Source: Chlorokybus atmophyticus
Lineage: Eukaryota; Plantae; Mesostigma and Chlorokybus algae
Length of the DNA stretch: 64,000 bases
Assembly (NCBI GenBank): GCA_009103225.1
Contig: RHPI01000260.1
Span: 444,203-508,202, forward strand
Reading direction: 5' to 3'
Shown: one piece after another, positions 27,481 through 43,059 of the stretch
How the letters are laid out: each line of letters starts with the position of its first letter
Position numbering within the stretch: position 1 is the first letter of the stretch
The notes under the pieces: model-generated
The model's input: the letters and a program-made list of their open reading frames with translations, nothing else
Told to the model about the DNA's origin: nothing
The model's database searches: none
Translations under genes and position numbers: made by a program

Positions 27481-27715
27481 CTGTATGTTGGAAGGGGCGC
27501 ACTGTGAACGGGTAAACGCGGTAGGTTCAGAGTGTGTGGTTATGTTGTTGTTTTGCACCAGACTGCTAAATGCCAATGCTGAAATTAAATGTCCTGGATC
27601 ATGATTGCCCATGCATGGCCTGCTCGAGGCACCGGCCTCCCTGTAAGCACAGCCTCTATATTGTGTTACCGTAGGCAGCAGCGGCGGCGGCAGGGTGAGA
27701 GGAGGCGGCGCAAGC

Positions 27716-30640
27716 ATGCGCCTGGTTTCTGCTGCAACACGCCTCATTGTGGGCACAGCTTGCAGGCGCACCGCTGCGTCTTTGCTGCGGCGACCACATA
27801 CGCAGCCTGGCCAAAGACAGGCTTCCTCAGTGTACACCAGAGCTCACCTTGCTGCTGCTGCTGCTGCCGGCTCCGCTAGCGACAATGCTACTCCAAGCAG
27901 CGACAGCAGTCAGGTCAGAATGGTGTTTGCAACATTTGATGTGTATAGGTGCTTTGAGTGTACACGTTGCCTCACTAGCTAGCTTGCTTGCCTGGGTCCT
28001 CTGTGCAACACCAACAAAACAGGTCAATTTCACTTGTTTAGCTTATTGTTCCAGCGCATCTGCTTGCAACAGCCATTTATGTCTAATCAGAATGTAGCGC
28101 TGCATGTCTAGCTCGTCTACTGGCACCGAAACATCACGCTTGCGCAAGCGGTGCTGACATGCTTCATGCTGGTAGCTGCATAACGTTGGTTGCTAATAGG
28201 ACGGTGGGGTCAGTGCAGGTGCATGCGCTGACTGTAAGTGAAGAGCACGCAGGCCTGCGCTTGGACGCATTCCTGGCGGAGCAGCTTCTTCGAGCAAGTC
28301 GAGCCAAAGTGCAGGTATGACGTGGTTGTTGTTTTAAGCTGGTTAAGTGCAGGACAGCAAGATGCTGACTACTTTCCATCTGTTTTAGAGCAAGCTGCTT
28401 GTAGTTTACACACTGCACACGCAGGCTAGCATCAAGCAGGGGCTTGTAAAGGTCAATGGCAAAGTTCTCGGCAAAGCAGCGTGAGTTTCGTACTCAGCTT
28501 TTACCCAGTGAGCAGCGTGAGGAGGGTTGCTTTGCCTGCTGGGATGGCCATCCTCCAGCACGCATAATACTGTGGTTGATACTATTTTCTTTCAAATCAC
28601 CAGGCACAAAGTGTCAGCAGGAGACTCTATTGCATGCGAGCTTGCACCACCACCTCCAATGGAGGCATCGCCGGAAGACATCCCTCTCAACATCGTATAC
28701 GAGGTCAGCACTTTGTCCTGAGTCCGTCCGTAGTTGTCCGTTGAATGATTTTCCTGTGTTCATTCCTTATCCGCCTACGTGTGCGCAGGATGAGCATGTG
28801 ATCGTGGTTGACAAGCCTGCGGGCATGGTCGTCCATCCAGCCGCCGGCAACTACACTGGAACTCTAGTGAATGCTTTGCTGCACCACTGTGGGCTGCCTG
28901 TAAGTCGCCGTTTGTGGGCAAGCTTTTGAAAGCTTAAAGCAGTACCTACTGCAAAAGGCTGAACAAGCTGCCATCAAACTGTTGGACTTTGCCCCGCAGG
29001 CGATGCGTGTCACGGATGGCGTCGCCCTTCAAGGCTCCTCAGCAGACACCAGGCAGGTACTTGTGATAGGCAGGCACAACCAGCTGCATGAGTCATGCAG
29101 CTGGTTGTGTTACGGTAACACAAGCAGTTTGCTTAGCCGCTTGCACCAACCATAGTGGTAATTACAGGGTCAAACAGCACAGGGCGAAGATGACTTTGAT
29201 GAGGATGGCGTCGATGAGGATGAGCTGGACATGTCGCTGTCGCTGATACCCACCGACTACAACAAGCAGACTGCCTGCATTCGCCCTGGTATTGTGCATC
29301 GCCTTGACAAGGTGCTTTGTGCAGTGCTCTTCATGGGTTGGTGAAATTGAAATTGCTTAGTTAACTTGGCTGCCTTAGCACTTTGTGTGGTGCTCGTCAT
29401 GGTTGCCTGTACATGTGAACTGATCTCGGCTTGGCTAATATGCTGCCTGCAATCTGCTTCTTACGTCGTTACCATGTGGCTGCAGGGCACCACGGGTCTT
29501 CTGGTTGTGGCCAAAGACAATCACTCGCATGCTGCCCTTGCACAACAGGTGAGATATGGCGTGGTGTCTGCCGAGCCTGACCACAAGTGCATATTGTGCA
29601 TTATCACATGCAGAGTGGGGCTTGCAGTCGTGTACACTAACAACTGCCCTTGCCCTTGGTCGCATGTGATAATCACAGTTCAAACTCCGCACTGTGGAGA
29701 GGATATACTTGTCCGTAACATGCGGGCAGCCTCCACGCAGCGCCGGCCGCATTGACGTAAGGCAGTTAATGTTGCACCAATTAGTTGCTGTGCACTCAGA
29801 TTGTCATTAGGCACTTGTCGACAAGACAGCAATACCTTTTGCTCCGTTTACCGGTCAAAGGTCTTCAACTGATGTCCTCTGCAGGCTCCACTGGGCCGGC
29901 ACCAGAACGATCGCAAGCGCATGGCTGTCGTGAACGGCATGAGAGGAAAAGCTGCAGCAAGCCGTTTCCAGGTGCTGGAGGTTCTTGCTGGCGGAGGAGC
30001 TGCTCTGGTTCAGTGGCGCCTGGAAACCGGCCGCACTCATCAGGTGCGTATTATGCTTGTCCTATTGCGCCTATGCAGTGTTTGCTTGTCTCCACAACCA
30101 GGTAATTGGTTTACTGCAAGATGGAGTTCATCTGCATCTGTCAACGTTGCATCCTGCTATTCACCTGTCAACCTTATTGTGACTATTCTGTTGTGGCAGA
30201 TACGTGTTCATGCTCAGCACATGAAGACGCCACTGCTTGGCGACGACACCTATGGTGGCGCTGGCAGCTTTGCAGTGGATTGTCTGTCAAAGGGCAAGAG
30301 TTCAACTATTCGCTCGAGTATGCAGCAGCTGGTGGCAGACCTGCAGAGACCCTCCCTGCATGCACACACACTTGGGTAAGCTGCATGTGGTAATAGCAGC
30401 AAGTCACGCCATTCTGCCTATCACAGAACAAAGCCGTCTCTTTGTCCTGCTAAGACGAGGTCATGGCACTTGCGAAGCATTCCCTTTCTTGACATCTTCG
30501 GCAGGTTTGTGCACCCGTGGACTGGTGAAAAGCACCACTTCACATCACCCATCCCAGACGACATCCAGACCGTGCTGGGGACGCTTAGAGATCCAAACAC
30601 TTTTGAACGCAGCGAACAGCAAAGCAGCTTGAGGACATGA
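27716..30640 (+). CDS. rluD: Organellar RluD-type RNA pseudouridine synthase (S4 + RluA catalytic domain), multi-exon
   Basis: N-terminal targeting-like sequence; [10 protein letters not shown] (S4); [14 protein letters not shown]; [10 protein letters not shown]|GTTGL (catalytic Asp); LETGRTHQ|IRVH; LHAHTLG. TGA at 30638-30640. Confidence 0.92.
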
Positions 30641-31411
30641 TGACCTGTACAGAATCAGCGTGTCAGTGATTGTTAAGGGTTGGTTCTGGTCAAGGTATGT
30701 GTCACTAAGTTCAATGCACTGGCGTGTCTTGCTGGCATTGCCTTCACAGAGTTGCCGGTTTTGCTAAATATCAATATCAATATCAATTCAGTTCGCTGAT
30801 TCTGGCGTGCCTATGTTGGTCTTTGTGTCGAAGCTTGTGATTGACTATATTTATACAATAGGCATATATGTATATGCCTACTGTATATATAATATATATA
30901 CGATGCAGTGTAAGTACGCATGAGATTTGTTCTAGCAGCATTCTGGCTCGGGTGTGTTGTTGGCAAAAACACCTTCGTCAATATGTTATGACCACAAGTC
31001 AACAAACTTATCCACGCAGCATAAATGTGTACCCACCGTCACACCGGTGATTGCGCGTTCATGCTGTAGGAAAGGTATGTGCGCTGCAGTATGTCCTGTC
31101 CTATGCTGATGCAGTACTTAGTTGCAGTGCACACTCACGCTCGCGCAGGTGCACACTGCACTGGTAACTATGCCATGGATGTAGGTCAATACAAGTGGGG
31201 TTTGCGCGCGCCATCTGTATCAAATAACATACACAGGAATCAATGATGCAGGCTGCATTCTATAGTTTGCTCGCACTGATAGTGCTATTTACGTCATGTT
31301 GTTGTGCCTGATCAGCTGGTTATATACTATCCTGATTGCAGGAATCACCAGCTGTCTGCTTCAAGCTGTCTAATGACAGCCTCCATTCATGTGTACCTAT
31401 GCCTACAACAC

Positions 31412-33756
31412 TCAGCATGCTGGGGCGCGCACGGCCCTTCTCTTTTCCTTGCCTCCTCGCGCCACGATGCGATAGCCTTTTTGTTCCTTTTGGAGTTGCC
31501 AACTTTGCGTGTGCGCCTGTGCACGAACCCTCAGTTTATTTGGTTCAGTAAGGGTTGCGGTGGTGGTGGTGGCTTTGTAATGCTGTCAATAGTGTGTGCT
31601 ACTATCTCACCTCACAAAAAGCGGCAACTATATCGGAACTCTTGTGCTGCGCGCAATAGTACAATGGGCGGCTCAGCAAACACAACACAACAGATACACA
31701 TGCCACTAATAAGAGGTGTGTGGCAATGAAGCTTACATGTCGGTACTCTAGCGCAAGGTCACGGGCCAACGCGCATGTTACGTGGAAGCTCTTCTTGCAG
31801 CCGGGCTGCACAACACATCACCAGAAAGATTGTCAGCCGTTATACATGCGTGGGTATTCGCATGCTTGCAGGCATGGGTGCGTGGACGCGCGCACACGTG
31901 CATGCGTGCGTGTGCGTGCGCGTGTGGAGGTGTGTTTGTGTGTGTCCACACGCGCATGTGTGGGTCACAAGGTCATTCAGCCAGCACATAGCAATATCTG
32001 ACCTCTGCGCACTCCACGCATGCCCCTTGCTGCCTCAGGCACAGGTAACACTCCTGCTGGAACCGCCGCAGTGGCACGTCGCAGCACACGATGCCCTCCT
32101 TGTCCTCAGCGTTCTCAAACCACACCTCCGGCACGTACAGCGCGCACGCGAGATGCGCCCACTGCACACAAACATCCACATTGTCCAACACTCTCTCAAC
32201 ATGAAGCTAGCGTAGCGACTAATCAGCCACAGCCTCCAACTTACATGACCGCTGTTAGTTTGCTTTATGGCACCTCCCGGAGTCGAGCACAGAACACAAT
32301 GTGCCTGTAAGCACGCTGTGTGAGACTGTGAGGCACGGGTCATCACAGCCACACACACACACTTTGCGTGTCGAGACAGTTATGGCATGCATAAACTCAC
32401 TACATGATCGACTCCATGTTTGGCCTGTTGCAGGCACTGCTGGCAGAGCCATTCCCCGTCTGGAACGCACTTGTTGAGAGGATGACCGTAACAGCTGGCG
32501 TCTATGAAAGCAAGCAAGTCAAGGCTGACACTAAGCGTTGGCTTTGAACTCAGCGCACCACAACACAACACAACAACTGGCACGTGTATGAGGATACGGA
32601 CTGTCAGCTCGCAGCCATCGCAGAACACAATTGGGTCCTCAGGATCGCCATCATAATCCTGCACACACGTACCAAGCATTGGCATTGATGAAGTAAGACC
32701 GCCATGCCAACTGTACCACATGTAACCCACATGCAGGAGCTGCAAACTACCTACCATGCAGATGCAGCACGCCACATCCTCGTACTCGTCCTCTTCACCA
32801 TCGACCTCCTCGCCACGCACAGAAGCCGCGTCGCACAGCTGGGCCTTAATTGCCACATCCACTTCCACTGAATCATTACCATCGGCCTCCCGGATGTCGT
32901 TAACAGTGTCATTGGCAGTGGGATCGACCTCCAACCCAGCAGCCGCATCGCCATCGTGAAATTCAGGCTGAGAGCACGACTCAATCATGCTGGCAATGTT
33001 GGGATCATTGTTGTCAACATCACTACAGTTTTTGTTGTTGGAGGTGATGGTGACGGTGACGGTGGTGTCGTGAGATAAAGTGCTGTTGTGTAGGGAGCTA
33101 CTGTCGTCATCCTTCACATTTCTGGTATCGGAGTCGTCTCTCCCGCTCTCAGCAGCAGCAGCTTCCATTGCTGCCTCAGCGAATGCCAGCCGTACCAGAG
33201 TGCTGGCGGCGATATCGCCGTCGTCAATGTTTGCAGGGTCCTGACAAGGTACAAACAGAAGTGTGAGACACAAACTACGATACTACGGTAGATATCATTC
33301 AACATTGAATGGTTTACAATCAGCACAGTGTCGATCGTTGTCAACTGCGTGCTTGTCAACGCCAGCAAACAGCTGCTAGTGACTAGTATTAGTAGCCAAC
33401 AAACATCTTCGTTGATGCAAGCAAGCCTACAGAATGCATACAGCCACAGTGCTGTAAACAGCTGACAGGAAGACCAAGTAGCAGCAGCCAATGTGTTAAT
33501 CACCAACTTCAAGATACCGATAAATAGAAGAATGACGCACCAAGCAGCGGCGTCGTTTGTAGCGCAGGATAGAAGGCAGGTTGAAGGTGTAGTCGTCCCA
33601 TGGAACAGCATTCTTCTTGTCCTGCTGCTTTTCAGAAGGGGTGACTTGCTGCTTGACCTGTTTGAGGCCCTCCCCCTCCTCCTCCTGCTGCCATGCGCTC
33701 AGCCGACGCCCAGGCGTCGGCGGGTACACCTTGTACCGAGCCTTCGTCGCCAACAT
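31412..33756 (-). CDS. PHD + zinc-knuckle/extended PHD (PZP, JADE/BRPF/AF10-like) chromatin reader, multi-exon
   Basis: CCIC..IVFCDGC..HASCYG..VPDGEWLCQQC; CVLC..GGAIKQT..WAHLACALYVPEV; C..SFHVTCA; AFCE|AH. Start ATG 33756 is inferred. Confidence 0.85.
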
Positions 33757-34062
33757 GGTGATGATAAGCCTCTCCTCCTCCTCCTCCTCCTCCGCCGCCA
33801 ACAACCACCACCACCACTACCGCTACCACAGCAGCAACAATAACAAGAAAGGCGGGAGTGCAACGCACTGTGTTTGAAACTTTGAATCGTTTGAACGGTG
33901 AATTGAACGGAAAGTGTTTGCAGAGAAAGCTCCCGTATAAAGCGGCGGTGCCACAGCGGCATACTGCGTGGTGTGCCAATCTGACGTGGCTGCCTGTAGT
34001 GAAAATTAGGGTTAGCAATTGCATTGGCGTAGGCGTGGGTACGGGTGTGGGTGTGGGCAGCA

Positions 34063-37000
34063 ATGGCGGGGGCGGCGGGGATTGTGCTTGCAGCACAGCT
34101 GGTGGGATCTCGTGGTGATCTTGTGAATAACGTGTCTTTGCGCCTCCCTCGCCGCCGTCGCTGCCGATCTCCTGCGCCTGACAAGGTGAATCACGCCGTG
34201 TGCTTGTGCGCTTCATCAACATCCTCCACCGCTTCCTCCTCCTCCTCCTCCTCCTCCGCCGCAGAAGGATGGGATGCATCCTCCCTACCTTCTCCGTCCA
34301 CGAGCGGGTCTCTCGCTTCGTCCAGACCGTCGCCCTCCAGGAAGGCGGCCGCTGCGGCGGCGGCAGCGGCGGCGGAGCAGGACACGCTGGGGCTGTTGGA
34401 ATGGAGCAGGGTGTGCGCCAGGGTGGCCAGCTTCTGCGCCACCAGGCTGGGGAGGGAGATGGCGGAGAGGTTGCGGGTTGGCGGGAGCAGGGAGGAGAGC
34501 GAGGCACTGCTTAGAGAGGTAAGCTTTCTGGTCGCAGCCTGGTTTGTGCAAAGGCGAAGGGCAGCTGATTGCAAGTCAGTAGTCTTGCAGCAACATGCAA
34601 TCTTTTGCACATGCATGCATCCACGCATGCATTTGAACTGCAAGCATGCATGCAAGGGCAGCATATTGCAAGTCAGCAGTCCTGCAATCTCACGCGACGC
34701 AATGCACCGTGCGTGCATGCAGTAGGACTTGCACGCATGCATGCATACAACTTGTACGCATGCATGCTTACAAGTTGCGTGCATGCATGGCGGTTACATG
34801 CACGGATGCTCGCAAGCAGTGCTGGCATTGCGTAACAGCATGCGTGCGCCCTGTCCTGTCCTGGTTATCAAGTATTGAGTCTGTCGCTGGGTGATTCTTG
34901 ACATCAGGCCATTCACGCAAGCGTCACGCTGTTGAAGCGTTTCTTATGTTGTGTACACCACTGTGCTTGATGCACAAGCTGCCATGAATCATATCTGCAT
35001 ATGCATGCATGTGCCATGAGTTTCAGCGACAGTAAATTTGCCACTTACAGACAAGGGCCGTTGTGGAACTGGAAGCTAGGCTGGGCAGGTCATTCGAGTT
35101 CGGTGGTGTCAGCAGTCACATGGTAAGTGCATTACTCTCAGAACTAGTGTCAGCATCACCAGCGTGTAACGCACATCCACACAACACATCCAAGCTCAGG
35201 TGAGTGACGCCTTGTCCCGTGCCGCTCGTGGCCAAGTGATGACATCCCCTGAGCTGCACGCGCTGGCAATGATGTTGGTAGCGGCTCGAAAGACTCGAGT
35301 GATGGTCATTTCTGCAGCCAACGAGCTGATTGACATCGCTGATGTCCTGCTCCCTGTGATCGAAATGGTTGCGGACATGTCTACGCATCCGGATCTGAGC
35401 AAGCTCATCATTGCGCTTATTGATGAGGATGGTATTATGCGCGACAATGCGGTGGGTACATTGCAGTGCTATTATATTAGCAATGTTTGTGGCGGTTAGT
35501 CACCTGCATGTCGTGGCAGAGTCAAGACTTGAAGCGAGCGCGAATGCAACTTCAGTCAGCAGAGTCAAATGTAAGCGTCCGTGCTGATTGCTGCGTGTTG
35601 TGTATGCTTTGTGCATGACTTGAATTTGAATGCCCTTTCGTGCAGTGTCGACAGCTGCTTCAGTCCATGTCAAGCCGACTTGCTGGATCACCGGTACGTA
35701 TGTTGCACCTTTGTATACATATCTGATGGTTGTGGTGTCGCCTGCTTGCTGACTGTTGGTCCCGTTCGCATCAGGAAATCTGCGACCGAGGAGGCCGGCT
35801 CTGCCTCATGGTCACAGCAGAGGGACGCAATGCAGCCCCAGGCCTTCTCCTAGACAGGTAAGCTTTAAATTTATGTGTGGAGCAGCAACAGGCTACGTTG
35901 GTTATCACCGCTTATATGGCCCAACTGTGTGTAGTGGTGCAGGGGGCTCTGTCTTCTATGTGGAGCCTTCAGGCGCAGTGCCACTCAACAATCGCGTCTC
36001 AGAGGCACGGGAGTTGGCTGCACAGGCTGAAGAAGCCGTTTGTCTGCGTCTTACTAATAAGGTGAGTCGTATCGCCTTAGCCAGGCAGCATGATGTTCAC
36101 TGAACTGTTGCTCAACCGTTGCACACTTGCCTTGCAGGTGCGCGACGTGATTGATGATGTTACGGCTGTACTTGACACATTGACCTCTCTAGATGTGGTG
36201 AGTGTTGCGGTATTGTGGCTTGGCACAACTGTCAAAGTGTTTAGCAAACATTTGTTGAGTGAGCATGTCTGAACTTGGTGTTTCAGGTTGTGGCACGCGC
36301 TCGCTATGCTTCGTGGCTGGAAGCATCCTGTCCACAGTTTACTACTGTGTCGACAAGTGGGTTCAACATCATCAACACCAACGACAACAACAATGCAGAT
36401 AGCGCGTCGGGTATGATATGAGCCTACCCTTTATTTGTTGTATGCCTGATGCAAGCTGATTGTGCCGCAGCTTGGCAGGTGCATCTGCTGCGCTTGCGCC
36501 ACCCGCTCTTGATTGAGCAGCAAAGAGAAGAGAAGAAACGTCGTGCACAGGCAGCGAAAGACTCATTGCTCCAACAAAAGGGTCAGGCCATCAGTGCAAA
36601 AGGCATCAATGCTGCGTCGGTGGCTAGCAGGAAGCGCAGCAGTAATAGCAACAGCAGTAGCAGCAGCAGTGACGGTGCAGGTCAGGCTGGTCACTGACCA
36701 TATTCACAGTCTGATTGGGATGTGTCTGTTGTGTATTGTCGGCTCTCTTGATGTGCATTGTTGTCTGGCAGGTGGTTCAGCAACACTTGTCGGGACGGAT
36801 GATGACGGTGTTGTTCCAATAGACGTGTATATCTCTAACCAGACCAGGGTTGTTATCATAACAGGACCCAACACAGGTAAGTCTGTGTTGGATGGAAGAT
36901 TATGTCGCAATTCCAAGATGTATGCGCAAGTGCGCATGACTAACTATGCCTGGGCATAGGTGGCAAGACCGCAGCACTGAAGGCAATTGGTCTTGCAGCC

Positions 37001-38865
37001 CTCATGGCCAAAGCAGGTGCTGACTGTGACTGGAGGTTGTCTACACTGCCGCTCATCGTGGTCAAGCTAATATTGGGTTTTGCGGCAGGGCTCTTCGTGC
37101 CAGCCAAGCAGCCCGCCATCCTGCCATGGTTTGATGCAGTATATGCAGATATCGGAGATGGGCAGTCACTGACTCAGAACCTGTCCACTTTTTCGGGCAA
37201 GTCCTTGCATTCGATGTCATGAGTTGTGTGCGTACTGTTGCTCACCAACATTGTGCATCGGTTCAGGCCATCTGCGCCGCATACAGCGCATCAAGTCAGC
37301 AGCCACGCGCCAGTCACTCGTCCTCCTTGATGAAGTAAGCGCTCCACCCAAAGTGACACACGTGACAACATTGTTGTTGTGTAGCCTACTCCTTAGCATT
37401 GCTACATGGTGCTCATGCAGGTAGGGGCAGGCACAGATCCAGTTGAGGGTGCAGCCCTGGGTGCAGCTGTCCTGCGCGCATTTGCACAAGGTGGAGCCCG
37501 CCTTACGCTCGCGAGTACACACCATGGCGAACTTAAAGCCCTCAAGTACAACGACGAGCGCTTTGAGAACGCTTCTGTAGAGTTTGACGAAGTATGTTAC
37601 CAAACTGTGAACTGCTTGTCTGTTATATAAGTTGCTGATACTGTGCTCTTGCTTTTCTCTCAGGAGAAGTTGGCCCCTACATACAGGCTGCTGTGGGGCA
37701 TTCCAGGGCGGTCCAATGCTTTGAACATTGCTTTCAGACTTGGTTTGAGTGAAGCCATCGTCGCGGATGCCCGGGAGCGGTTTGGGCAGGCTCGCACCGA
37801 AGTTAATGAGGTCAGGAATCATGCTTTGGTTGAACAACGGACATGATTGCCTTTGCTTGTAAGTGCATGTCACCGATAGTGCTCTGGTACAGATGATCAC
37901 GGCTATTGAGAATCATCGCCGGCAGTACGAACAGTACACTGCGCAGACATCCGCAATGCAGCAAGAGTCTTCCCGCATGCAACAGGTACTAGTGTTGTCG
38001 CAGCTTTCCAACAGCGTAGACTTAACACCATTAGTTACACTCACAGACACGCATTTGCAGGAGTTGGCGGTCAGCCGACGACGACTGCGAGAGCATGCTG
38101 CGGTTGTTCGACGTCAACAGAAGGAGGCCATTTCAGCGCTTGCAACTGAAGCCAGGGCGGCATTGGCTGCAGAGACAAGGAGGGCGCAGTCAACTGGCAC
38201 CAGGCGCAAGCAGCAACAGGGTGTTAAGCTAGAAGGTGGGTGTTGGGCGCATCACTTGGTGTATGCACTGAAGGGAGGGTAACCCAACATTATGGTGATT
38301 ACAGAGGCTGTCAAGGAGGTCGAGGTGAATTTAGAAACCGGGAAGCCACAACAAACGGATGGCACCAACTTGGCATATGTTCCGGAAGTTGGCGACACTG
38401 TGCAGGTGGGGAGCTGTTGCAAGTTTATCTCGTGGTGCAGCAGGCTTGTAGCATGTGCTCAACTCATTTGTGTGCTGAACTGCAGGTGTTGCAAACGATG
38501 GGGAAGGTTGTCTCTGTCTCGGCTCAGAGGCAGGAGGCCGTGGTGCAAATGGGTCTAATGCAGCTGAAGGTTGCTTTCAACGACTTGGCGCCTCCAGGCT
38601 CCACGCAAAAGCAAGGATCAAGCAGCGTTAACAACAGCAGTGCCAAAGCCATTAATAAGCGATCCCCTAGTGGACGCATGCAAATGCTGGAACAGCAAAA
38701 GCAGGCACACGCGAAGGGTGGTAGCAAGTAACAGAAAGCATCACACCGTACCATACCCCTTATATACACTTTGATGTGACTCAGTCTCCGCTGGCTTTTG
38801 TTTACAGCGGGCAGAATGCTGGCAAAGGCTGTTGTGATTATGGCTTTGCAAGTGTTTACAGTTAA
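34063..38865 (+). CDS. MutS2: Plastid-type MutS2, multi-exon; no Smr domain evident (stop at 38731 or, with one more intron, 38865)
   Basis: Ser-rich transit peptide; [17 protein letters not shown]; Walker A GPNTG|GKT; [10 protein letters not shown]-like motif; DE|[14 protein letters not shown]; THHGELK; [14 protein letters not shown]; KOW-like VGDTVQV. Confidence 0.92.
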
Positions 38866-39735
38866 ACAAATTGGTGTGTGCACTGCTCACCAGTGCGAGT
38901 GATTCATGTAAGATAGCTATCGACATAGTGGTTCACTGTTATCAGGTGTAATTGGTCCGCCCATGATCAAAGTTGGTGAGTTGGATAAACTTAGGCTTGG
39001 GACAGCCCATACAATGGCACTGCTTGCAACAGGTTGGTTGGTTGTTGCTAGCCTACTGCCTGCTGCTGCTGCCTCGCGCCTTCCGCCCCATTTGCACGCA
39101 CTCAGACCGCGGATGACCTTTAGCCTTGCATTGCCCCTGCTATCATCAAGTCCTTGCTGTGCTTTCTCTGCGCCTTGCTATCCTTGCTTTATTTTGCTAT
39201 TGCATCTGGGCTACAGATAAGCCTATACAAAACACTGTCGCTGCTTGTGTATGCACTGCTTTGTGGGTGCTTCTGTGGGCGGGCTGCCTGTGCCTGTGTG
39301 ATGGGGATACTAACGCAATTTTTGTATGTTGGGTACACAACCTGAGGTGTCAAATCGTCAGCACTGTTCCAAAGTGTACACGGGAGTGCCACATCATTTG
39401 CTAGTTGCCATTATGTGGTTGAAATTCAGACACGCCCAACAGAAGCATTGAAGCAGACATAAACCGTCATGTATTGGATGGTGCAAACAGCTATCACGTA
39501 CTGCGAGTCTGGTTTTCATGCAGCTATTGGTATCAGAAAATCATACCACAATCATACTAAAACAGGATTCAATACGGAGCTGTGAGTGACTGCCAAAAGT
39601 GTTAACATTCTTATCCAGCACCAAGCGTGCAGTTCGACTGTTTAGCTGTACACACAAGGCTATCACACAAATCAATGCACCTGCTAACTCAACATAGTCA
39701 AACATATAGGCAGGGTCCATACGCCCTACTTGTTA

Positions 39736-42848
<3,113 letters not shown>

Positions 42849-43059
42849 GCCGCCGGCAATAGCGTGCGAGGAAGCAGTGCTGCGATTGTCAGTGCCAAGC
42901 ACAGCTTTGCACTAAGTCGACGCTACTGTAGCTGGGGATGACACGGATATCGGCATCTGCAGTTTTGGATATCTGCTCCGCCAGGCCAGGCGGAGCAGGC
43001 TGGCCAGGCCAGAGTGAGGTGGTCAGGCCACCAGCGGCGGCGGTGGGGGAGGCGGAAGC

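Noticed and set aside
38963-39220. Hydrophobic 85-aa ORF between MutS2 and ALDH3
   Set aside because: No motif or splice support; it lies in probable 3' UTR or intergenic space.
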